Notes: generated by a model not told the origin, from the letters alone. Counted from the stretch's first letter, positions 44,457 to 57,813 are shown. The stretch is 64,000 nt of DNA from Macrostomum hystrix (GCA_950097015.1 CATNEN010000005.1:558001-622000), one strand, 5' to 3'. Numbers and translations: made by a program.

Positions 44457-46905
44457 TCAAATCCAAACAACTTGACAGCCAGCCGCCATCAAGCCATCGA
44501 GTCCGTCTACATAAGCATCTCTGGCTTCAATATCAAAGTCAGCTTGAAAGTAGCCATCGCCACCTTCGTAGGCTTGACCATCGCCACTGCCATCGGACCA
44601 ATCGTCCGCCTGAAAACCAATTGGCCAGCTTAGCAATAAAATTTGCAACCTGCCAATAGCTAGCTCTTTCAAAGTTGGCACAACCTGATTGGCCCAATCT
44701 CCAGTAGCCAATGGCCAATCGCTGATGTCTAAACGTTGTAAATTAGAACAGCCGTTGGGTTTTAAAACGGCTAGCAATAGATTAGTAAAGGCGTTGCGAC
44801 TATCAATCTGATCATGGTCGTTAACTTCGCCATAGGCTCTGGTCAACGCGGCGAGACGCAGACCAATTAGATGCGGCAGATTAAACAGTTTTGCTACAAA
44901 AGTTTGTTGGAATACATTGTGTTGTTCTAGATAATCCAGGGGTCGGCTAACTAACTAGCTAACGGGCCAAAGAGAGACACGAGAGAGATGAGACTCGGGG
45001 GAGATAAGATACGGCCAAGAGATGAGACACTGGAGAGATGAAACACGGGTGGGAGAGATGAGACACGGGTGGGAGAGATGAGACACGGGGAAGATGAGAC
45101 ACAGGAGAGATAAGACTCGGGAGAGATAAGATACGGCCAAGAGATGAGACACTGGAGAGATGAGACACGGGAACGATGAGACACGGGAGAGATTAGACTC
45201 GGGAGAGATGAGACATGGGAGAGATGAGACTCGGGAGAGATAAGATACGGGAGAGATGAGACACGGGAACGATGAGACACGGGAGAGATGAGACACGGTT
45301 GGGAGATATGAGACACGGGAGAGATTAGACTCGAGAGAGATGAGACATGGGAGAGATGAGACCGAGGAGAGATAAGATACGGGAGAGATGAGACTCGGGA
45401 GAGATGAGATACGGCCAAGAGGATACAATCTTAAATTTGTTCAAGCTACAAACCCACCATAGACAGACAATTCTGCATTCTCAGTAGAGCCAGATTCTTG
45501 AGTAGATAATCCAACAATCAATAGAGGATTATCAGACAAATCCAAGTGCTGCAGAGTATTGCGACATGCAGACAGACTGGCTAGTAAATTAGGCGAGTTA
45601 GCGCGCAGACGACACCCGGACAATCGTAGAGCTGTTAAACGGCTAAAACAAGCCGAATTAGCAAGTGAAGTTGGCAATTCTAGGCCAGGATTACCACTTA
45701 GATTCAAATGCAGCAGATTGCATTCGTGACTACGTGGAAGTGACTTTGCAGCGCTAGATAAGCCAAGCAAGTGTTTCATTGAAGTCTTAGACTTACGACC
45801 TAACCGACTGCGACTAAGGTCTAGGCAATCAACGCCAGATAAGAGACGATCATAAAGTTGACTAGCATTTTCCAATGACAGACTGTCAGTGCTCAGGTCA
45901 GTATCGGTTAGACACACGCTGATTGGATGGTTCTGTTTCTGGTAAAAATTTTTTTACAAAAGGAGTTCATAGAAAACAGGCACTATTTGATTATTTAGTA
46001 ATTAATATACATCATCTGATCATATAGTTAATAAAGCTTAAAAGTCATTGCTTTTTGCTTTCTTTTAGGATGTGGTTACCAGACTTAAATTTCGCATTCA
46101 ATATCAATTCGATTTCTGATAGCACAACTTTATCATGAAAGAGAAGTACCAACACGTACATCCTAATAGTAAACAAAACATTTCAAAGGCCTACCTCTTC
46201 GGTTTGAGCTAATCTATTGTTGTCATTCCAATAATTGACAAGCAAATCGTCCAAAGCTGCCATAAGTGCGGCCGGATGCACAGAAGCCAGGTTTAAACTA
46301 TACAAACGGAGCTGACCACCGCACTGGCGCATCAATGTTGTCAGGCGCGATAATTCTGCTGGTCCATCAATTTTAACGTCTAGTTCAATGACAACATTTT
46401 GCTTTTTAGTACTACTACTAAAATTAGTATTATGACTATCTAATATCTGTGCTAACTGATCTAAAAAAGCAAACTGCTGCTGTTGGTTTGGTGCCAGACC
46501 AGCTAGCTGATAAGTTATTGGCTGAGAGTCACTGTTCATACGGCATCTCTGTAGTATGGCCTGCCCAATCAATGGCCATATTTTGCTAGAATCAGCTAGT
46601 TGATCAACTGGTATTGAGAATGCCTTAAATGGCCACACAGCGACTAGATGAAGCAGACTCAGACTGTGACCATTTGATATGGCGCTGCTAAGCAATTGTG
46701 GCCAAATACTGCGCGGTGGTCTGAATGGTAGGCAGAAATTTCTAAGAAAATTTGAATCCTCAGTCAAGACAGCGGATGCTAAGCAGCGCAGACTGGCTAA
46801 TTCTGGACTGTCAACAATCATTTTGGCTGAATCATAGCTGACACAATTATCAGCCTCTGGCCAGCCGACCCAAGCTGAACAAGTGCCACAATTAAAAGTG
46901 CAAGA
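44457..46905 (-). CDS. LRRC14/PRAME-like leucine-rich repeat protein, 3 exons (46905-46195, 45938-45458, ~44950-44457)
   Basis: N-terminal SLRCLASAVL...SIWPQLLSSA...LLHLVAVWPF (BC-box/cullin-box-like PRAME pattern); LRRs LDLSRSRL, LNLSGNPGL, LRLSGCRL, LDLSDNPL, LDISDWPL. The exon 2/3 boundary is less certain. Confidence 0.72.
44960..45425. repeat. 16-bp satellite (GAGAGATGAGACACGG) in LRR-gene intron 2
   Basis: Reverse complement of the GABBR1 intron 4 unit. Confidence 0.9.
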
Positions 46906-47881
46906 CTGCAAACAATATACAAAATGTGTTTAAAAAGTGTAGAAAATAGCATAATTGATTTATTGGTCACTTGTAGATGTATACTGCATGTAGTTTATAA
47001 TTTGATAAAATGTGAAATTATAACATGCACTTCACAATATGAAACATAAGTACTCATAGATTGCTAACAATATTCTGCCAAGTTTTTTGGCAATTCCTAT
47101 GGTTAGATGGCATAAGCTAATAAAATACATTGCATTAGTATCAATCAAAGTTATTGAGCTAAATGAGTGTCTATAACTTGTATTGAAAACTAGAAACTAA
47201 TATTTGTCCCAAAACTTAAGGCCAATTAAAATTAAAACAGATTGTAACAGCAATAAAGAAAGGTCATTGAAAATGCCAAATAAATGTTTCTTTTTTTATT
47301 GTATCTGAAGTATAAAGGTGCAAATTGGAAATGCAACTATCTTTAAGAACTGAGTAAAATCAAAGGACAAATGTTATTAATTAGACATTGGAGCAGTAAG
47401 CCAAGATTCAAGAAGTAGAGTCAGAAACCACTGAAATTAAGAATGAACAGGAGAGTGAGACATAAACTAATAATTGGGAGATGACAATGAATTGTGATCA
47501 ATGAACCATATAACAATAAGGATAGGCTGCTTAGGGCAGAAATGAGCTAAACAGTCTGTGTGTAGCACCGAGGCCAAGTAGCTCATCAGCCTATCCATAT
47601 TATAGGATTTTTCGTTTGATTTCATGAAATAGTCATTTGATTTCGTCCATAGAAGTTGGCAGTGCGCCATAGTCCATGACAATAAAGTGCGCTATTTTCC
47701 GATTGAATTCATAACTTTGCCACTTCATTTTGACTTGACACGCGGAGTGACTCAAACACTGCCAGAGGGGTCTGGGATATCAGTGGGTGAATATCTATGG
47801 CCAAATCTCTCTTAGAAATGAAAAGCCTATATGAATATGTTCTTTTCTTGGGCAACAGTCAACTTCCTTGTGTGCCTAAAA

Positions 47882-48590
47882 ATGGCTGCATACACGTCCA
47901 TTGGAAATGACAGAAGGCATCTTGTCATTGAAGCAATGAACAGGGGTAAGAAAGTGACTGACATAGTGTGATGGCTCAACATCAACAGACAGACAGTGTA
48001 CTCCATAGTGAAGGTGTACGAAGAGAATGGGCGCATCAACAAGCTGCCGAAAGGAGGAAACAATATTAAGAAGCTGGCCAATCCAATTGTACAAGAACTT
48101 GTTTCTGACATAGAAGACAATCCAATGTTGACATTAAAGGAGATGAAGGCAAAACTGCACACGACGCATGCTGTCGATATTGGTCTCAGTACTATCTCAC
48201 GCTACTTGGATGCACAATTGATCATGCTGAAGCAAATGTGCAAAGATGCGGACGTCACAGTCTCGTAACAGACCAGAAAACATCCAACGCAGAAGAGAGT
48301 TTGCCACCTGGTTTCTAAATCTTGACCAAGGAACCGAGATTATTTTCCTGGATGAGTCAGGGTTCCATGTCTTGACCCAATGATCACAAGGACAAAGCAG
48401 CAGAGGGACAAGCGTACTCGTACGACGGCCCATTCATGCACAGAGAGGAAAGCACAGAGATGGTCTCTGTGCTTTTGGCGATCTCTTCTGCCCGTGGAGT
48501 CATTTGTTTCAACTTTCTGGATGGAACCCTGAATGCCCAGACATTCCAGCAGTTTGTGGTGTGAATTTGTGCAGTTTTGACAAAATTGAA
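47882..48590 (+). pseudogene. Decayed IS630/Tc1-mariner transposase
   Basis: HTH (DIV*WLNINRQTVYSIVK...GG), second HTH NPMLTLKEM...IGLSTISRYL, then frameshifted IIFLDESGF...AISSARG...GTLNAQTF; contains stops and frameshifts. Confidence 0.8.
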
Positions 48591-48916
48591 TGTAGTTTCA
48601 AGGATTTGTCTATGGTTCAAACTATGGCAATGAATGGGCAGGCTGAGCCAAGATATTAGAAATATACAAGTAAATTCTCTCTGTGGGCAAAATTGATTGC
48701 AGTTTTGGCAAACTGCTAGAGCGATTGCAGAGCTAGAGCTAGCTAGCTAAAGATTGCAAAAAGGTATATTATGGCAAAACAGAGCCAGCCCCAGCCACAG
48801 ATTCTATATTACCCCCACTGTGGCCCCCACAGATTCTATATTATCTAGATTGGTCACTCATCGAATTTGCAATAGAAACTGCGTCCGCCAGAAACTGCGA
48901 AAACCCAGAGTTTTGC

Positions 48917-50534
48917 CCATAGACAGTTAGACGGATAGAAAAATTTTTGGATGGCCTATCGCTCACTCAAAACTCACTGGCTGTGAGCTGCTGCTTCGCA
49001 CGTTAGCCATGGAGCTGATCATCAACCGTCTTAGTAGCCACGCTTGTTGTGCAGCTGCCTGCTATACTACAGAGGACACTCCAGCTTCAGTGCATGGATT
49101 TGCAGTCCATCTACACAAATTTCCAAGCGATGACCAGGTAGCAGTTCATTGGATAGAGATAACTTGAATTAAGCGATGTTGACTTGAATTTTGTGCGCCA
49201 GCGGAGGCTGAAAGTGTGCAGTCTGCATTTTAAAGAAACTGATTACTCCTGCCCACTACACGAACGATGTTCAGCTCGACTTAAAAAGATGCCCTTCCAA
49301 ATCCCTACCCTTTTCCACCACGCTTGGAGAAGGAATAGGTTGAAGTCGATCCGCGACCAGACCACATTGCTGACATGTATCCACCAGTTTGCCAGGGGTT
49401 AGCGATATGGGCGGCATCTGCCGCCTCCTCGCTGCGTCCGTCATGGAGGCTCCCTGCCGCTAAGTCAAATCCACCAGTTCTGCATCGTGAAGACACGTAC
49501 GCTGTCGAGATGCCTGAGCTACACGCAATGCCAGCCAATGCTCAGGATAAAACTGGTTCAGAAGATAGGGCAAAAAACAACCGCAACGAAGTTTGAAAGG
49601 AGCGGAAGAAACAGTGGGATAGAGCTGGATATCGAGATGGAGTCATCAAGAGATTAAAGCAGAAGCTTCAAAGAGCCTTAACTGCCACTTCTGAACAGCA
49701 GAAAGTTGCATATCGGATACCGGAGTCTGCAGCTTCACCATTGCTGAACTGAAGACCTGCTTTTCACGAAAGTCCAGGGAGGAGAAGATCGCTATACGCT
49801 CTGCCTGGATGGAATGCGCATCTCTCCATCAGTCAGGTTTGACAAGAATAGAGATGCAATTATTGGACTGGCTTCAGAATTCGAGGCCTTGGAAAATGCA
49901 AAGCCAGTGAATGCCATGATGATACCATTGGGGCAAGAATCCTCCTGAGCAATTTGGTGTGCAGCTTCCATTTTGTATCGAACATCGTGCCGAAAGCAAT
50001 GCACAAGCAGCAAGGCTTTTTATGCACATGCGATTGCATCAGTGGTGCCGAGAGAAGATGGAGACTGTGCGGAAGGAAAGAGATCGCGCTATTGCTAACC
50101 ACAAGCTCAAGAAGTCGTGACATGATGTATGGTTAGGGTGCTCACTGTGCTTCATTATTTTACTTATTTGACACACTGTCTTGAATACTGTGTTTGCTTG
50201 TCATGCTTATCTGGCATGCTTATAATCTGTCATGCTTATCTGTCATGCTTATCTGTCATTCTTGCATGTCATTTGGCTCAGAAATTTGTTACTCACGTTT
50301 TCTCCAATTAAAAGTCATTTCTCAATATTGGCTCGCCTAGTGTTAAAGGCAAATAACAAAGTTTACTAAAAATATATATTAATGCGGCAGTATATAACTC
50401 ACGTCTGTGGCAAAGACACTGGGTTTTCAATGAATGAACGATTTCTCTTGGAGTGACCAATCTAGGTAATATAGAATCTGTGGCCCCAGCAGCAGGCACA
50501 AAATGAAATTATACACCCACTGCAACTGTCTATG
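48917..50534 (+). mobile_element. Internally deleted, decayed P-element-like transposon (THAP + transposase N-terminus)
   Basis: CATAGACAGTT...AACTGTCTATG 11-bp TIR. THAP: CCAAAC...HKFP...W...KVCSLHF...KDALP. Transposase: LCLDGMRISPSVRFDKNRDAIIG. No matching 8-bp TSD. Confidence 0.72.
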
Positions 50535-50860
50535 GTTAAAACACTTTTATTTCAATGCCTTGACTTTATTTTGTTTCTACTGTCAAACCTGCCATCAATG
50601 TCTAGGGCAAAAATTCATACAAGCGACTTTAACTAGTTCTGTGAACAGTATAGTTAGGTTTAGCTATTTGGGTTACAGCAGCAAAGCCCCACATTCTAGC
50701 CATAGACAAATAAAATCAAGAATTTTCTTGAGGAAGACTAGATAAAGAGATTCTAATCTAAATATCATTTAAGCCTGTGTGCTCAGATTTTCTTTACTTT
50801 TGCTTTCTTGCCCTTTTATATTGAGCTATGCTGTACTACAACAGGATTAGTTAAAATAAA

Positions 50861-51990
50861 ATGAGCTTCTTGACTGCTAGAAAGCTGGATTTTGTCACCA
50901 GTCTTGTAAACCACAAGGATTTTGCCCCAATCAAGCAAATGGACAGATCTTACTGCAAATCAAGAGAATAAATCTACAAGGAACTTCATGATCCATTCAA
51001 TGTTGGAGACATTTCTTTGTTGCGTTAGTTGACCTCTAATGAACAAGAGTGTCTACAATAGGTGGAGGAGGCCAACAAGCATCAGTTTACCACCAAGCAG
51101 AAAAAACTACACATTCAAAGTTTAAAATGTTTTTAGCAGATGAGACTGTCAACAAACACAGAGAGCATGCCAATTAGGTACCTGTGCTTGTACTTGCAGC
51201 TGCTGTTTGTCCAACTGAAGACTGCCAATGGAAAGACCTATGCTGTCAGTAGTTTGGTTTGCTCCCATGCATCAATGCTCCCATACTTTCTGGAGAAGCA
51301 TGGTCTGAAGATAATATGCAACTGTTAATTTGTGTCACTTGACAAAACCAACAAGGCCATGCTTGTCAAGGCACTAGATCAGAAGAAAAGCATTTACTAC
51401 TACACCTAAATATTTTGCAATTGAAGATGCTTATTATATTATTTGCTTATGTGCATATTTTGATTGGTCTAGGCCCTACTCTAAAAAGGTTACAGATAAA
51501 GGTGCTGTTCAAATTGTGCTACGGATTTAGATTTGGCCACAGAAAATGGCATTGTGGATTGACAAAGAATGACATGAAGATTTGCAAGTTTGATGGTGTG
51601 AGGTACATCAATCTCATCACATGTTGAAGACTGTTGGCAAACATCCCATTGACATCCAAGTACATTGTCCTGGCAGAGACTAGGCGACCCAGCATTGTCT
51701 TGTACAAGCCATTGAAATTTACCTTGTATTGTATTTGAGCATCTATTGTCACAAACCAGTCTGAGGATAGTGTAAGCACATCCAACATTCAAGTTGTAAT
51801 GAGAAACAAGCAGGCTAAGAGTGTAGATCATTATACCAAAAGAATCAAGTTTATGAAGAAAGTGGAACTTTTTCAAGCCATGATTGGCTTTAACATCCAA
51901 GACTCTGCTGATTAGCCACTCTGTGCTTGCTTGCAGTACTACATCAGTTGCTTCTGCCACAGTTTCTAGTAAAAGTATGTCTTAAGATGT
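50861..51990 (+). pseudogene. Decayed Crypton-type tyrosine recombinase (DUF3504/KCTD1-ZMYM-like)
   Basis: Across stops and frameshifts: LFVQLKTANGKTYAVSSL...YFLEKHG; LQIKVLFKLCYGFRFG...LTKNDMKI...DGVRYI; HCLVQAIEIYL; ISHSV. Confidence 0.62.
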
Positions 51991-54900
51991 GTGATTGCTA
52001 TTAGCAATCTAGTTGGCAAAACACCAAATTTGTTTGCCAACCGCAAGTTCTAAAATTGTACCTTCATCACCACACCTAAGACAGAGTGATCAAGACAGAC
52101 TGAAGATTAGTTATGTTAGAGTCAATTCTAATTTGGAGTAAAGTTTTGCTTTGTTGAAGTTGATATCTGTATGGTATTTGGAAGTATCTTTTTAAGCAGA
52201 ACAGTGAGTAAAGTAAAGGGAAAGGTTTTTAGTTGTTGGTAGTGAAATTTTTACTGGTTCTAAATGAAACAACATTGTAAAATAAGTTTTATAAATTAGA
52301 GAATTGAATTTGCATTTCTTGAAAATTCTTTTTGTTCTATCGCTTTTAGTTGTCAAAGCCTATGTTAAAAGCATATGTTTTTGGCATTGGTTGTGTGCTC
52401 ATGTTTTGGCCCACTCTGGCGTGGCATAATTAATGTTACTAAGCTCAATCAGGGTATTGATTAGGTCAGTGGAGTTTTGTTATAAATATGGTTGGACTAC
52501 TAAACTCAGTGGCATCTAGAATGTATACTAGCTAGGGCGCCATGCCTATAAATGTAAATATTTTATTATCAAGATCAGCAAGCAAGCACTTTTCCATAAA
52601 TATATATTTTTCTAACTGAAGTTTCTGTCTCTCTTTTTAACTTGTAAAATAGTTAAACATTCAACTATTTAACAAATAGTTAAACATTTAACTCTGACAG
52701 CTGGACATTCACTTTCCATTCTTTTTTGCCCTTAGACTAGACATAGGCCTAGTTCATTGGTACCCACTAGTCATGGCAGGCCACCATGACATGACATAAG
52801 TTTTCTATGAATTAAGGTTTAGGGAATGATTAGATTCCCTAGATTGCCTAGATAGGGTAATGTATCATCAACCAAACAGTGTATCTTTAAAACTGAACAA
52901 GAATTTTGACTCTTTCCTTGGTCTCGTGCAAGACAGAAACAAGCTATTGTGTTTCACAGAACAACTAATTTGAAAGTTGAAGAAATTATCTACAAGCTGA
53001 GGCATGATGTGCAATTAAGCATTTAAGAGGAAAGAAAGATATTGATGTTTCAGTAAAATTTTTATTGCAAAAGCATACTTTTTAACATTTTTTCAGTATA
53101 TACTTTAGACAAAGATTGTATGTGGTTGCTTGCCAATTAAATGACCATAAATGCAGTTATTTATAGAGCATAAAAAATGATTTCAAATGACATAATTCAT
53201 GATAGTTCACTCCTTAAAATAAGATTAAACCACTCACTCAAATTGAAAACCAAACATCTAATTCTCTGTTTGGTTTGAAGATACATGAAAATCATTGTTC
53301 GGTTTTAGATAAAAAGCAGGAATAATTTTTTTTCTATTTGACAAAATAGCAAAAGCAGATACTTTTTAGAAAGATGTAGGCCTAACTGTTTTCTATAACT
53401 TGGCTTTTGATTTATCACCATATCCTAGATAGAAAATCTGTAGCTTAGGTTTGAAGTTAAAAAAATACACATTCTTATTTCAGTTTTTATTTTTTATTTA
53501 GTTTAAAAAGTTGTTTAGGCCTACTAAAAAAGCGAGTCGCTGGTGAAACGTGATGTATAGCGCAACTATTGTAACTGCGCGGCATAACAGCATATTTTAC
53601 AGTAACTTATACTTAAAAAAGTAATTCATTTAGATGATATAGTTTAAAATATATAAATATAATATAAATTACACACTGGCACTGTTTTTTATTATCAGTC
53701 CCAGAAAACATGTTAAACTTTGTTCGCCAGCATTGTTTAAAAGAAAATTAATTTAGTGCTTATTTGGGCATACACAAATCGTATGTGCAAAGGTTTGATT
53801 TGAATTAAGTACTAGGTGTTCATAAAATGTGTAAAGTTTATGCTTCAATAAATTACAAATACAAAGTTTTACTAAATAACTTTTAAGACAATTAATAACT
53901 CCGGTGTTTATTACGCAAAATCGTTTGCATGTTTCTTGGAAATATCGTCTTGCGCCTTGCTCCATTCTTCAGAAGAGCAACTGGAAAATAAACCTAGCTA
54001 CCCATCTTCTCCTGCACGTACTCCGGTGTAGGTAATATTTAGTATAATTTCCTATATTCTAATAATATTTTTAAGGACAGAATTTTTATTTCCGAATTTA
54101 CGTGGATAAAAAATCTGATCAATCCAGCTACTGTAGCTTATGAGTTATGTTAATTTTGTGCAATAGCTATTTATTTTTATTAAGGTTTCTCTTGTAAAAG
54201 TTTTTTATATAGTAAAGTAATTATTTTATCCACTGCAATAAGCTTGTAATCATTAGTCAAATTTAGTTATGAGTCTGCATAATGTGACTGGAGAACAGTG
54301 AAACCATATTTTGGGAAGTTAGCATTTATGTATTTGTGTTGTAGGGCCCTCTCTTCAATTTGCTATTGTGCTAGTGCCTCCAATTACTTAAGGTTTATTC
54401 ACTTTTTAAAATTCACTTGGCCTAGTGTGCTCCCAGTGAGATTATATTAAACTATGGATTTACTATTTATATATAAATGACTTCCAGATATCTGATGTTT
54501 ATGACAATAATTGGTTGACGGTCATTTCGTCTGCCGTCTTTTCGTCTGCCGCCTTTTGGTCTGCCAATATATGATTTCTCATCTCATTTCTCCTGTCCAA
54601 TGTACAGCAATAGCTGGTATAGTAATTCAGATGAAAACCTGATGATGTATATATATATACAGCTTATACTCGTAAGGAGCAGGTGAATGAGCACGTGGCA
54701 CAAAGAGCACAGGCATGAAAATCTTCATAGAGAGCAGCACAATCTTGAACCACTGATTGCATATGCACATGTCCTCTGTTCACATAATTCGGAATTCACT
54801 CACTTTGTGCCTCACTTTATCATCACATAGGCACCAATGTCAACAAGCCCTTGTGCCACGTCGTTGCGAACGGCGACAATGCACGTCATATTGGCACCCG

Positions 54901-56089
54901 TTGAAACAACTACCCATTCATGCAAGGAGGTAGCAAACTCAAACACAAACCAGCTCACCGGGTTTTTGGCCTTGTACGCTCGGTATTCTTCCGATGCATC
55001 TGCGTCGATGTCCACATCAGTAACCGCATCAGCAGGAGTGTCAGGAGTGCTCAATTCTGGAATCAACTGGCTGGGAACACTAGATTGTTGACGTTGCTCA
55101 TCATCCACCCAGGTCAGGTCAGGAGCCTGCTTGGCCGATTTGTCAGTGCCTTTGTCCTTGCTGTGCGGCTTTGGTTCCTTTGCATTTCGCCCTTGACAAA
55201 GTGGTGGCTTTGGCTCTGGGGCCCGTCATAGTGATGCTGGCTGGAAAATAGTCATAAATGTATGAGAATGTGTAATTAATTAATGAAATGATGTGATAAT
55301 TGCCGTTTGGACATTGAGATGTGACACGTAAATTAGTTTTGTACCGTTACAGCCGAGAATGCCAAGCTGGACAGCTTCTAATCACCGGAAAGACTGATCT
55401 GTCCTGCTTCATACTAAAAGTACTAAAAGAATCGTATGGCTTCTTCAAGTAACATTAGTGTCGCATATGAGTCGATGCAAAACAAAATTGTACTTCTAGA
55501 AGTTTTTAAAGTTATTATATAACGAGTAACTGGACAACAAGCCTTTATTATAGGGGAACCAATATTCAGGTATCGATGAAATTGTCTTTGTGTGGAGATA
55601 CGGCACGTGAAAATCGTGGGTCCTAAGGGCGCATTTGGTTATCGTCAAGTTACCTCACCTCAAATATGAGCTTCGTAGTCAGGAGAATGCATATACGAGC
55701 TCGCACGCATACATGTGTGCACAAAAGGCAAAAGGACAGGATTGTGACGGTCAATATTATGAAAAAAGTATATACTTGAAAATTGTAAAAGAAATTGCTA
55801 ACTAAACCTGGGAGTAATTATAAGCGCTATAGAAAGTAGACCTTGAAATGGAAGAACGAGCATACAAGTTGTCTGTTTATTATCTGATAGTTATCCCCAT
55901 CCGGCGAAAGTCTCGTGCGTGTGGTTGGACGATGTCCCAGAGTCAGGCTTCGACAAGTCGCGGAGTGGATGTTGGCGGCGCCTGGCAGGCTATTATAGTC
56001 TGTCCAAGTGTAGTTTCGCTTCCTGGATGCTGATAGTCCCGCTGCTGATTGGATTGGGCAGACGGAGTTGACACTGACCACGGCATGGC

Positions 56090-56355
56090 CTTGAGGCAGC
56101 GGAGGCGGCAAATGGCCACCCACTGTGGTGTTGCTGCCATCGCTGTCCCTCTGCATGCTGACCCACAACAGGCGAGTGCCCGGGCTCAGACTAGATGGCA
56201 GCAAGTGACCTGCAGTCGGCATACCAGCACTGCTGCTCGCGGCACAAGGTGGCGGAGGCGGCGAATGGCCACCCACTGTGGTGTTGCTGCCGTCGCTGTC
56301 CCTCTGTGTGCTGACCCACAACGGGGCGAGTGCCTGGGCTCAGACTAGATGGCAG
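56090..56355. repeat. GC-rich direct duplication (~135-bp unit x2)
   Basis: GGCGGAGGCGGC.AATGGCCACCCACTGTGGTGTTGCTGCC...GGCTCAGACTAGATGGCAGC occurs twice. Confidence 0.85.
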
Positions 56356-57813
56356 CTCTGTTCGTCCCGATTCTGTCCTCTTTCTGTCCATTTCAGAGCG
56401 GACAAGCGTGCAAAAGTATAAACGGATATGAAGTGCTCTGGATTCGTCTGTTTTCTGTCTTCTTTCTGTCCACTTCTGTCCATTTCAGAGCGGACAAGCA
56501 TGCGGACAAAAAACGGACAGAAAACGGATGTGTAGTGCTCTGAATTCGTCCGTTTTCTGTCCATTTTCGTCTGTTTTCCGTCCTCTTCACTGTTTCCAGA
56601 CAAAAATGGACGAATTTTTCACTGGGTGGGTATGGACACTTAAATGTTTTCTTGAATAAGGCTTCCTTCACTCTCATTAATTCTTCTAGGAAATTGTCCA
56701 ACTTTCTATCCATTTGTCTGGTTATTGACTCATCAGACAATTGGTCTCTTAAAAGCTCACTTTCAGGGGCCTTGGGTGGTCTTCTAAGTATATGCATTGA
56801 AAACTGGACAGAATTATTGTGTCTGGGCTCCCCAGTGGACTAAGAGCTACATTAAACAAATATGCTTGTTCATAGAGAAGTATTCTGTCTGCTTATTTTT
56901 TCATGTGCAAAGACAGGTATAGATTGCACAGCACTGAATCTATTTTTTTCAAAATGTAACAACTGTCTGCTGTGTTTATGCCTATATGGTTTACAAATCT
57001 TTAGAACTGGCTAGGCCTAGACCAGTTAGAAATGACATTAGGCAACTAGCTAGCTTAATTGTCACTTGACTGTCATTTTTTCACTTAATTCCATTTTGTT
57101 ATAATAAATTAGCAAAAGTATAGATGTATACACCAAACAATCAACAAAGATGAGCCTAACTTGTAATTTATTAAAGTAATTCTTTGTGGCATTTAGTTGC
57201 TAAAACAATGCACAAATACAACTTTCTATATTTCAACTGTCATTAATAGTTTAGCAAAGACAATTTATTATTTTTGTATACACAATAGATGCAAAAGTAA
57301 ATATTTGAGGAGTACAAGAATGATGATATCTAATTATTGTTATCCTTTGTAAATAATTATTTTTTTATATTTCAATACATTTTTTATTTATCTATAAGAT
57401 AGTGCCTAGTGATTTTTTTGTAGCCTGTTTTTATAACCTCTAGAATACTGAATTGAAGTGCTGAATATTAGTATTTTTATTATATTTTTATGTCTTATTA
57501 CAATATGTAGTATTCTGAATAATGGTAAGGATAAATTGATCAGTAACAGTCTAGTTTAGCTGATGTTAAAATTTAATTTTTGTACATAGTTTTTTGACTG
57601 ATGCTAAAATGCTGAGCACATATGTCTAAATACAAAATTTCCAATGAAAATTATTTAGTCTTTTATATCCAAGATACCTTTAGACACATTTGAAAAAAAT
57701 TAATCCATTACTCGACCTCTACAGTAGAGCACTGAACTCCAATAAACCTAAGACTCTAAGACTGTCAGTTAATCCTAACACCAGTTAAAATAGTCCCACT
57801 GTTCTCTTCAGCC

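Noticed and set aside
48909-50542. 8-bp TSD for the P-like element
   Set aside because: Flanks GTTTTGCC and GTTAAAAC do not match; element ends remain provisional
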